This document shows positions 52,040 to 62,959 of a stretch of 64,000 bases of DNA, one piece after another. Positions within the stretch are counted from its first letter, which is position 1. Each line of letters starts with the position of its first letter. The notes beneath the pieces are model-generated. The model searched no databases. It had not been told where the DNA came from and saw only the letters and a program-made list of their open reading frames with translations. Source of the stretch: Antedon mediterranea (lineage: Eukaryota > Animalia > Echinodermata); contig NC_092678.1 in the NCBI RefSeq assembly GCF_964355755.1, forward strand, positions 23,825,365 to 23,889,364, in the 5' to 3' direction. A program made the translations under genes and the position numbers.

Positions 52040-54420
52040 ATGTTTTTTACCCTGCCACTGTTTTAGTACAACACAATTGTGTGTACCCTGCCACTGTTTT
52101 GTATCCCTGCCACCGTTTTTGTATCCCTGCAATCTTCTTTTTTCCCAGAAACTTTGTATACAACACAAGTTTTTGTATCCTAGACCACTGCTTGGTCGTA
52201 CCGTCTCTGTTTTTGTACCCTGACACCGTTTTTCTTCCCTGCAACTGTTTTGTACCCTGCCACTGTTTTTGTACCATGCCCCAGTTTTTGTACCCAGCTG
52301 CCATCGTGTTTGTACCCTGCCACTGTTTTTGTACCCTGCCACTGTTTTTATACCCTGCCACCGTTTTTGTACCCTGCGACTGTTTTTGTACCCTGCGACT
52401 GTTTTTATAGCCTGCCACCATTTTTGTATCCTGCCACCGTTTTTGTATCCCTGCCACCGTTTTTTGTACCACTGTCATCGTCTTTTTTCCCAGACACTTT
52501 GTATACAACACAAGTTTTTGTACCATAGACCACTGCTTGTCATACCCTGTCTCTGTTTTTGTACCCTGATACCGTTTTTGTACCATGTCACCGTTTTTGT
52601 ACCCTGCCACTATTTTTGTACCTTGCCACTGTTTTTGTACCCATCTGCCATCGTTTTTGTACCCTGCCACCGTTTTTGTACCCAGCTGCCATCGATTTTG
52701 TACTGCCACCGTTTTTGTACCCTGCCACTTTTTTTGTACCCTGCCACCGTTTTTGTACTCTGCCACTGTTTGTGTACTTTGCCACTGTTTATGTACCCTG
52801 CGACTGTTTTTGTACCCAGCTGCCATCGTTTTTGTACCCTGCCATCGTTTTTGTACCCTGCCACCGTTTTTGTACCCTGCCACTGTTTTTGTACCCTGCC
52901 ACCGTTTTTGTATCCTGCCACCGTTTTTGTACCCTGCCACTGTTTTTGTACCGAGCTGCTATCGTTTATGTACCCTGCCACCGTTTTTGTACCCTGCCAC
53001 CGTTTTTGTACCCTCCACTGTTTTTGTACCCTGCTCATTTTTTGTACCCAACTGCCATCGATGTTGTACCCTGCCACTGTTTTTGTACCCAGCTGCCATC
53101 GTTTTTGTACCCTGCCACTGTTTTTGTACCCAGCTGCCATCGTTTTTGTACCCTGCCATCGTTTTTGTACCCTGGCACTGTTTGTACCCTTCCACCAGGG
53201 CCTTCCAGCCTTTTAAACACTGCCTGACATACAAAGATATTTTTGACATTTTGTGAAAGATATACTTTCCCATTAAATTAAATAAATGGAATATCACAAC
53301 CACTAAGTATTTATTCCTGTATAAGGTCAGCAATCAGATTTCCCGCGAACTATTGTATAAAATCATTGACGCTGTTTTTGTACACTGCCACCGTTTTTGT
53401 ACCCTGCCACCGTTTTTGTACCCAGCTGCCATCGTTTTTGTACCCTGCCACTGTTTTTGTACCCAGCTGCCATCGTTTTTGTACCCTGCCATCGTTTTTG
53501 TACCCTGCCACCGTTTTTGTACCCTGCCACTGTTTTTGTACCCTGCCACCGTTTTTGTATCCTGCCACCGTTTTTGTACCCTGCCACCGTTTTTGTACCC
53601 TGCCACTGTTTTTGTACTGAGCTGCTATCGTTTTTGTACCCTGCCACCGTTTTTGTACCCTGCCACCGTTTTTGTACCCTCCACTGTTTTTGTACCCTGC
53701 TCATTTTTTGTACCCTGCTCATTTTTTGTACCCAACTGCCATCGATGTTGTACCCTGCCACTTTTTTTGTACCCTGCCACTTTTTTTGTACCCAGCTGCC
53801 ATCGTTTTTGTACCCTGCCACCGTTTTTGTACCCTTCCACTATTTTTGTACCCTGCCACTGTTTTTGTACCCATCTGCCATCGTTTTTGTACCCTGCCAC
53901 CGTTTTTGTACCCTGCCACCGTTTTTGTACCCTGCCACTGTTTTTGTACCCTTCCACTATTTTTGTACCCTGCCACTGTTTTTGTACCCATCTGCCATCG
54001 TTTTTGTACCCTGCCACCGTTTTTGTACCCTGCCACCGTTTTTGTACCCTGCCACTGTTTTTGTACCCTGCTACTGTTTTTGTACCCAGCTGCCATCTAT
54101 TTTGTACCCTGTCACCGTTTTTGTACCCTGCCACTGTTTTTGTACCCTGCTACTGTTTTTGTACCCTGCTACTGTTTTTGTACCCTGCTACTGTTTTTGT
54201 ACCCTGCTACTGTTTTTGTACCCTGCTACTGTTTTTGTACCCAGCTGCCATCGATTTTGTACCCTGCCACCGTTTTTGTACCCTGTCGCTGTTTGTGTAC
54301 TCTGCCAGCGTTTTGTACCCTGCCACTGTTTTTATACCCTGCCTCCGTTTTTGTACCCAGTCAATGTTTTTGTACAAAACAATTTTTTTTTACAAGTGTT
54401 GTACCCAGAAACTGTTTTTG
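52040..54420. repeat. 19-bp minisatellite (22-bp variants) in two blocks split by a unique spacer at ~53198-53370
   Basis: cgtttttgtaccctgccac units; source of all overlapping GYKNSGRVQK / LYPATVFVPC ORFs. Confidence 0.95.
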
Positions 54421-54796
54421 TAATGTTGTCATCGTTTTATAACAATTTTATACAATGTATAATAGAACAAAATACGTGATAATTGCAAATAAATATAATT
54501 TCATTTTCAATTTAATTTTATTTCCACAATATAATAACATACATACAGGATAATAAATGCAATGAAGTAATCATGTGGGGAGAGAGTCATAATAAGTCAG
54601 TCAGTAAGTTTGACCCACCACGAAATATAACATTAAATACAAATACGAAAAATAAAAAAATATATATACATAAACTAATAATAAATAAAAGAAAAAAAAG
54701 CTACAATTTATTGCTCCCCTTTTTTAAAAATCCATTCTGAAAAACATATGACTTCTAATTATTCATGATCTAACGTTATTACATAAAAGGTGGTGG

Positions 54797-55295
54797 TCAA
54801 GCTAGCTCTGCAGGTGACGGCCGCCGCATGCATATCTCGCCAGTTTCCCGTATTCTTATGTTGTTCGTTTTGGTAAATATGCGGCTGAACATGTATCCAA
54901 ACGCGTAAATAGCGCTGTGCTCTGATGGTGCTTCGACACCAGAAATTACTTCTGGTGCAGTCCATGGAAAGCATTTCTTCCACCTAATCTTCTCCTCCGA
55001 TGACAACTTTAAAGGAGTAGGCCTACTCCGTCCGGTCCGAAATGCCTTGCCATAATCTATTGTTACTGGTATAAATTAATTTTACCATCAATCATGAAGC
55101 ACGTACCACGTTATTACCTGTAAGAGAAAAGACAATTGGGAAAATAAGAAAATAACTGTAAAATAATCACTGAATTGTGTATGGTATAATTGAATTTAAT
55201 GTATGATAATGAAAAATGAGTGGCTTAATTAAAAAAAATTACGCATAGGCCTATAACAGATTCTTACTATTGATATCATTATGGACATAATCCTG
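54797..55295 (-). pseudogene. Decayed protein kinase (subdomains VIb-IX) inside the nested element
   Basis: VHNDIN|intron|SNNVV (catalytic loop), IDYGKA (DFG-like), TAPEV (APE), SAIYAFG (subdomain IX with Asp lost); stop and frameshift near 55080-55095. Confidence 0.7.
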
Positions 55296-57259
55296 AGTTG
55301 TGGAAATTAGGATATTTTATACGAATATATATTAGGCCTACTGATATACTGTAAATAAGACCTCTTTCTACTTCACACGTTTACGTAGATCTATCTGATA
55401 AGAATTTGTGAATTATTTTATTTTTATCGGAACGTTGATTTCTACCTACCATGCAAACGCATGCAGCAAGTCAGATTTTCCTCCACAATGAATCTTCCGA
55501 GAAAGATCTTTTATTTATTTTCGATGCGCTTCCATTCAATTTTAAAATCGCTTTGATGCCTGCCGCCTCAATCCATCAGGAGGAATGGCGGGGGATATTT
55601 GAACTCCGTGGTATATCTGGCTAAGGCCTAACCCTTTTGCGATTAATTCTTTCTAATAGTTCTGTTGTAGGCTACATTTTCTTCCACGGGCTCGTCGTTT
55701 ATATTATCAAGTAGACGGTCATTGATGACCGAGTCTACACATTTATCTCGTATAAAATTGCGTAGAGTTATCAAATTTAAATTGTGTTCATTTGTATCAA
55801 TTATGTATGTTTGTTGCTGCTGTACATTGTCTACAAGATGTCCACCACCCAACAACAGGTGAATAAAACATGAAACACTAATATACTTTCGTGATACATT
55901 AGCACTGTTCGGAAGTACTCATGATTGACTATCAATCCATTTTGTTCCCAAAATCGATCAAAGGGCTTCCAGCCTTTAAAACGCTGCCTGATGACATACG
56001 AAATTTTGTGAAAGATATATACTTTCCCATTAAATTTAATAAATTGAATATCACACGGCCATCCCAATTCCCTAACAAAACTATTGTTCATGTTTAAAAG
56101 TATTTATTTAATGTGTCTGTAGTTCTAGTTAAATTGCTTTGCATAAAGCAGCATTGAGAAATATTTAGATTATTATTATAAACAACCACTAAAGTATTTA
56201 TTCCTGTACAAGGTCAGAAATCAAATTTCCCGCAAACTATTTTATAAAATCAGTGACCTACCTAATAGTAAATTGATTGGTTAATACCCAGTCAGTGAGG
56301 ACCTGATTGACAAGCAGTGCCTGTTTGCTATTGGTCATTGGTAAGAGGAAGTTGAAAATGGAGAGCAAGTTATTCTTAACACTTGCAGTCTTAAATAAAC
56401 ACGCTGGCATTTTTATTACACCACAGAGTATTATTCCTGTCAACTTATACCACAATTGACATGTTGAGGGGATAGGTCATCCACTGATTCAGTGGATGCC
56501 AAACGTAACGCTAAAGTAGCCTGGTCCGCGTAATGACCTATAGCAAACAAGGCCAACAGCCACTGTAAGTCGCGTGCAGTTCAAAGAGTACAGAAAACGC
56601 GATAAAACGCAAAGTGATACCGGACCGACGCTTTCACGCGACTAAAAACAAAAGTAAATATAAAACCTAACTAGATAGAAAAACTAAAAACAGTTAATTT
56701 AAATATAGAATCATATAAACATATACAGATACAAAATTTACATATTTGTAACAAAACATATTTTAAATTTAATACAGACCACATAAATAAATCGAGATAG
56801 AATTTGTAGAAGGTAAGTTTGCGTTTGCTGGGGTTTACAAAATAATGCTAATACACGCGTCCACACAAATGGTGCACGTGTAATACGTATCAACAAACCT
56901 AACCATGGGAAGGTTTTAAACAATATACTGTACTTCAAAAAGTCACCCGAGTGCAGGGAGTTGTAATTACAACTACCTGGTGTTAGGAAATGTAGGGGTG
57001 GGTGAGTATTACGGAGATACTAGAGTTATGTGGGTAATGATCGGTATCAAAGTGATCAGAATTTTGTACTGGGAATGTTTTAAATAACATTTTGAAACCC
57101 GTCCTTGGGCAGGTATACTTGCAAGTAATAATAAGGGGCTATCGAAGTTAGGTTTTTGATCGTAGGCCTATAACTGTCAATCTTCGAGTTTCCAATAACA
57201 ACCCCGCCTTCTAATTTAAATGTTAAAACGTTTTGTCCCACGCTTGAGTAGGCTCGGCT

Positions 57260-57750
57260 AACAAAATTCATTTTGTCGCGACAAAATGAATTTTGTTGCA
57301 ACAAAATGAATTTTGTCTACACAGAATGAATTTTGTCTACACAGAATGAATTTTGTCTACACAGAATAAATTTTGTCTACACAGAATAAATTTTGTCTAC
57401 ACAGAATACATTTTGTCGCCACAAAATGAATTTTGTCCACACAGAATTAATTTTGTCTACACAGAAATAATTTTGTCCACACAGAATTAATTTTGTCGTT
57501 ACAGAATGAATTTTGTCGCCACAAAATGAATTTTGTCGTTACAGAATGAATTTTGTCTACACAGAATTAATTTTGTCAACACAGAATTAATTTTGTCTAC
57601 ACAGAATGAATTTTGTTTACACAGAATTAATTTTGTCAAGACAAAATGAATTTTGTCAAGACAAAATTAATTTTGTCCACACAAAATGAATTTTGTGTTG
57701 ACAAAATAAATTTTGTCCACACAAAATTAATTATGTGTAGACAAAATTGT
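57260..57750. repeat. 20-bp tandem array (right TIR, inverted)
   Basis: ctacacagaatgaattttgt units. Confidence 0.95.
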
Positions 57751-58589
57751 AATATTTCGACAAAAATGTCCCATACGGCGCCCCGTAGTACGATGGTACG
57801 CTCGCTTCGCTCGCGTACCATCTAGGTCGTGTCCACAGATGTTCTCGAATACACAGTAATTTCAGCGTAATAAAACTGGCGATTTCAAATGTACTATTAT
57901 ATAATACATTGTCGTTTACAGAAACGAATAAATAGACACGATGATTTATGTAGTCAACTAAAATTAGCACCCTGGGAATTACTTCCGAAGGAGAAACTTA
58001 TCACAAAATGAGTCCAAATTTTTGATTTGGACTCATTTAAAGAAACCCAATTTGTGTTTTGTATGTAACATAAGGTTTGAGGGATGGGAAAGCGGATAGT
58101 TACAAAGAGGAACAATTTTAAAATATATTCTTTATCCACTCAGTAACGAAATATGTTGTTCATGTTTTATAGGCCTATAAATAATATACCTCTAAATACG
58201 GTAAAACATTTGCGATTTAATACTTTGTTAAAACTGTCACTGTCATAATCGATTGAAATATTAAAGTACATGTCACGATACACCACTACGACGTTTATAG
58301 TATTGGTAATTATTAATTAATAATTAATACAAACGTTGAAAGGGAACTGTCAGTATAAAGTTTATTTGTATATAATAATGTGTTTATATATCTAACAGTG
58401 AAGCCTAACCACAATCTCAGTAATAAAGTTTATTTGTATATATTTTTATATTACATCTAACAGTACGAACATTCACAGTAAGAAATGTTCGATTCAAATG
58501 AGGACCAAAAATAGTTAATAGGTATTAACAGTAAGTATTGCAAGTTTATTCTCAAAGGGCCCATATATTTACCTACCGTATGTGTTAAA

Positions 58590-59481
58590 CCAAGGGCTCA
58601 TAAATTTACCTACTTGTGTTAAACCAACCTCTGGCAGACTGAGAGATTGGGATGTTCCATTCATCGCAAATCAATACATTTGTATAATCGTATATTAAAT
58701 CTATCAAAATAGTATTTTTTAAAGAAAATCGGCCTTTCTTTAACATTATGATGCTGTACTCTAGTCAAGTCGTTGAACCTAAATTCGTTTTAATCGTCAA
58801 TAACTAATTATCTAACTTAATTTAATTAGTAAACAGGGTTACATCAGGTGGTTAAAATCAGTACCGAAAGTACGAACCAACTTTATATACCATCGAGTAA
58901 AAATTCTAGAAGTAAGGCGCGATTTACCGAATTTTGCCCTTACGTAAATTTATATATAGAAAGGGCTCATACATTTACCTACTTGTGTTAAACCAAACTC
59001 TGGCAGACTGAGAGATTGGGATGTTCCATTCATTGCAAATCAATACATTTGTATAAACGTATATTAAATCTATCAAAATAGTATTTTTTTAAGAAAATCG
59101 GCCTGTCTTCAACATTATGATGCTGTACTCTAGCTGTTCAACCGGTTTTTAGCTATTAAAAACAATTATCGTAGGAGGAGATAGGAAAATGCGAAGCCTC
59201 CTCGCATTTTTGTGGCGGGTATTTTTCAAGATGGACATCTATTAGACAGTGTATACCACGATCGGAAAACACCCCTATTTGGGGCAAATCGTTGAACCTA
59301 AATTCGTTTTAATCGTCAATAACTAATTATCTAACTTAATTTAATTAGTAAACAGGGTTACATCAGGTGGTTAAAATCAGTACCGAAAGTACGAACCAAC
59401 TTTATATACCATCGAGTACAAATTCTAAAAGTAAGGCGCGATTTACCGAATTTTGGCCTTACGTAAATTTATAATATATAG
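58590..59481. repeat. Tandem direct duplication (~370 bp and ~520 bp; second copy has ~150 extra bp)
   Basis: aagggctcat..ctctggcagactgagagattggg..tacgtaaatttata at 58592-58958 and 58960-59481. Confidence 0.85.
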
Positions 59482-59678
59482 ATTACTATATAATGATAAG
59501 CTAAGTTATGCATAAATTCACTACAACATTTTATCTGTAATCTGTACACGTTTGTGTTATATTTACAAGTTGATTTATTTAATTAATTATGTTCAATGCG
59601 GAAAGTAAAATTATAATTATAAACAGTTATTTATTTCTGTAAAGTTAATAACACGTGCTAATGTTATTTAATTATCAT

Positions 59679-61841
59679 TTAATAATTAAATATTTTAACT
59701 GTTTTGTCACCATTATTTGCCACTGCTAGTCTACGTGGATTGTGTGATATGATGCATAATCCATTAGGATCGTCGATTCCATCTTCTTTCTTGTCAATCC
59801 TTTTAATGAACTGTCCACTATTACTAAATAGCTGTAGTTTGTACCAACTTGATGTTATGATGTTGTCATTATTATCAACTACTACTTTACTGGGGCGCTT
59901 CATCTTACCATCTTCATCACCCTCACTGATAAGTACTTTGATAAACTTTCCCTCATTATCAAATAGTTTTAAGATATTCTGGTAATGGTAAAGTACAAGA
60001 ATATATCCTTGTCGTGTAAGGGTGACATCAATGATATTTACAAATTTAAAATCCGTAACATTACATGTTGCTATTTTCTTAATCAGCTTGCCACTTTCAA
60101 TGTTAAACATAGCTATATTCTCACCATTAGCTACATACATGACACGTGATTCTTCATCCACATGGATACCCCATGGATTTCTCAACACTCCCTTACCAAA
60201 TGATTTAACCACCTCACCATTCATAGTGCATAATGTGATGCATTTATTACCACGATCATTGAATGCTATATTACCATTGTTCATTGTGAACATTCTGTTT
60301 ACTTGCACATCTTCTGATAGTGTAACCTTACCGATGTTTTCACCCGATTGCTTGTATTTGTGAATGGCATTGTCTAGACATGAAACAAGCAAGCAGTCGT
60401 CTCCATATTTAACTACATCCTTAAGGTCTTTAACATTCAATACATTTTTTGTTATATTTTTTAATAATCCTTCTTGCTCTACTCTGATATTCATTGGTGA
60501 GTTCTTAATATGTTCACCATCAACTCGAACATCAACCTTGCAAATCCCTGCACTTGTACATCTACCTATCACAGTATAGTCACCATTGATGTCTTCTTCT
60601 ACTTCAGGGATGATAGTTTCTCCTGTTGGTTGTGTCAATATAGCTTTTATGTAACTTGCATTTATTTCACATTCATCAGTTTTAATTATTTTAACATCAA
60701 TTGTTGGCAATGTCATGCTCTCATCTCCTTTTAATTCTAAATAGCCTGTCCTTGAATCTGTAATCATTCCAGTGTTCTCGTGCAATGAAACAATTTGTTG
60801 ATTGTTTTTAACAAACTTAATTTCTGCATGAACATCTGATTTTGTGTTAAGCACTGCCTTGATCCAATCATCCAATGTTCTAATGACGTCATTACCGGAT
60901 AGCATTGCCGTTGCTTCGTTGCCCTTCTCTAGGTGATGCAGCAAATTGATGTTAGTGTTTATATACGATATCGTCGTTGTCACATCCTCTATTTCAGCAT
61001 CTGTTGCCTCTCTCTTTATTTTGTACATTGCCTCAACTTTACTTTTTAATTTGTCTTCCAATTCCTTCACATGATTTTCAATTCCTTTTAAACTCTTTTC
61101 CCTGTTTTCATCTAGTTTCTTAACACGATCTGTCCTTACTTTAAGGTCTTCATTCAATTTATCTGTACATTGTTTAGCATCTTTCCGTAATTCTTCTGAT
61201 GTTTGTTTAAACTTTTTAAACGCGTCTGTTATGCTGATTATGGTGTGTTTGTCTTTTCCTTCCCATTCCTTGTGATCCATGAGTTGGCAGTGTATACAAA
61301 TGGCAACATCGCATATTTTGCAAAACACTGTTAAAGGTTCATTGTGGATGGAACACAGAGGTGGGTGCATCGCATTGATTTCACTGACACTCATAGATTG
61401 AACATCTTCCACTGAATGCAATGTATGATTGTTAAACATTCTATAGTTTTTATGATGATCGCTGCAATTCTGGCACAAATATTCTCTGCAATCCTGACAG
61501 TAGGTTTTAACTTCATTGTCTTTTCCACAAATACATTTCACCTGATTATTTGTAAATTGTTCAATTGTTTCTAATAGATTATTCAGAAAGGTGTTAGGTT
61601 GTAATTTCTTTAGACCACCCTCTGGAATCTGATAAAATTTGGAGCAAGTTGGACAGGTTACCTTCTTATTTTTCTCCAACCAGTTGTCAAGACAACCCAA
61701 ACAGAAGCTGTGAAGACATGTTAAGGTTCTGGGTTCATGGAGTCTATTTAAGCATATTTGACACTCTAGAACCTTCTCATCGATATCTTCTAGAAATTTA
61801 GCTAAATCAACACTGGTAGCCATCTTACCACCTCTAGCCAT
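59679..61841 (-). CDS. TRIM-NHL E3 ligase copy 4, 720 aa from MARGG
   Basis: Intact paralog; the upstream MYLYK.. extension in the ORF track lies 5' of the conserved splice acceptor ttcacag|ATCAACTCAAG ATG. Confidence 0.9.
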   Translation of the reverse strand: MARGGKMATSVDLAKFLEDIDEKVLECQICLNRLHEPRTLTCLHSFCLGCLDNWLEKNKKVTCPTCSKFYQIPEGGLKKLQPNTFLNNLLETIEQFTNNQVKCICGKDNEVKTYCQDCREYLCQNCSDHHKNYRMFNNHTLHSVEDVQSMSVSEINAMHPPLCSIHNEPLTVFCKICDVAICIHCQLMDHKEWEGKDKHTIISITDAFKKFKQTSEELRKDAKQCTDKLNEDLKVRTDRVKKLDENREKSLKGIENHVKELEDKLKSKVEAMYKIKREATDAEIEDVTTTISYINTNINLLHHLEKGNEATAMLSGNDVIRTLDDWIKAVLNTKSDVHAEIKFVKNNQQIVSLHENTGMITDSRTGYLELKGDESMTLPTIDVKIIKTDECEINASYIKAILTQPTGETIIPEVEEDINGDYTVIGRCTSAGICKVDVRVDGEHIKNSPMNIRVEQEGLLKNITKNVLNVKDLKDVVKYGDDCLLVSCLDNAIHKYKQSGENIGKVTLSEDVQVNRMFTMNNGNIAFNDRGNKCITLCTMNGEVVKSFGKGVLRNPWGIHVDEESRVMYVANGENIAMFNIESGKLIKKIATCNVTDFKFVNIIDVTLTRQGYILVLYHYQNILKLFDNEGKFIKVLISEGDEDGKMKRPSKVVVDNNDNIITSSWYKLQLFSNSGQFIKRIDKKEDGIDDPNGLCIISHNPRRLAVANNGDKTVKIFNY

Positions 61842-62959
61842 CTTGAGTTGATCTGTGAATAATGGATATTTCCGTCTTATTTTAATTGTGTTTACATGGT
61901 GAAATACATTTACTAATTCACAGAGTTTATTGTCTTTCATTTTTGCGTGCTCACTTGATATTTTGTAAAGATACATTCAACCACCTATGGCGCAAATCTA
62001 TGTAGACAAGGCCAATTGCTGAGATCTAAAAAATGGTTCCGATATGAATTAAGTGTTTAGTCTCGATTCTTGTGAAATTAGTATATTATTATTACCAGAG
62101 CATGACTGGTTCTTTTGTGTACTATTGATATGATCACAAAATAACATTCCGGAGAGCTAGGTACCTGCACACGTATACAATTAATATAGGCATACCATAC
62201 TTATAAAAATGAGAATATGTATTTTAACCCACTCTTCTCATAGGGCTATAGCATGTACTTCTACCAAATGTATCACAGCCTTTTGTTTAAGTTGATAGTA
62301 ATAATCATATTTTATTTACAAATCCTGGGAGTCTCAGCCAATCGGTAATCTCTGAAGTTTAGAAATCGATCGGTCATGTGACATTTGTGGTGACGTCACC
62401 AGTCACACCCATAATATTATTAAACTGGATTAGGTCTTATTTTTATTCGCTGTGTATTTAAACCGAAGATATTACCTTACGAAAGTATAATACATACTCG
62501 TGAAATTATTCAATATTTTGACATAACATTAAGCATCGAAATGAAGATGATCAGTTTTATATTTAATACTGAATCATACAATTGCGTTTATTGATAAAAT
62601 ACTAGAAATTGTGCCTGTATCCGAACCAGAATACGATAAAATGGTCCAAGAACTTAATAAATAACTTACCTTTTGATAAGATTAGTGTTTTGATGTTGTT
62701 GTAGACAGGCGCAAATGCTCCCAGGTCTAAGTTGAAACAAGATGGTTCGGATATGGAAGTGTTTAGTTCTGGTTTCTGTGACGGTGGTGTATTTGTATAG
62801 GATTAGCATGATTGGTTCTTTTATGTACAGTCTATTGATAAGAACACAACATATGCCTTACACGGAAACGTTACAAATTATCGGCATACATTTGTGCTGA
62901 AATTATTAATTAAGGACTATTAAGCTTGACTAGAATCTAGACAATTTAAATGTACCAAA

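Larger units (their letters stand above)
51256..56535. mobile_element. Nested 5.3-kb element with ~40-bp TIRs and a 31-bp flanking direct repeat
   Basis: cattacgcggaccaggctacgttagcgttacggttaggca (51256-51295) versus tgccaaacgtaacgctaaagtagcctggtccgcgtaatg (56497-56535); direct repeat at 51225-51255 and 56537-56567. Confidence 0.75.
49160..57825. mobile_element. Foldback-like DNA element with ~600-bp TIRs containing 20-bp palindromic repeat arrays
   Basis: Left tacagggcgccgtttgggacatt..tagcctactcaagcgtttggacaaaacgtttt (49169-49765) mirrors right 57225-57787 (..aatgtcccatacggcgccccgta); interrupts a TRIM 3' flank that is contiguous in other units. Confidence 0.8.

Noticed and set aside
51932-54479. 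Many long overlapping ORFs on both strands (up to 360 aa)
   Set aside because: Artefact of a stop-free 19-bp minisatellite; the 19-aa periodicity appears in all frames.
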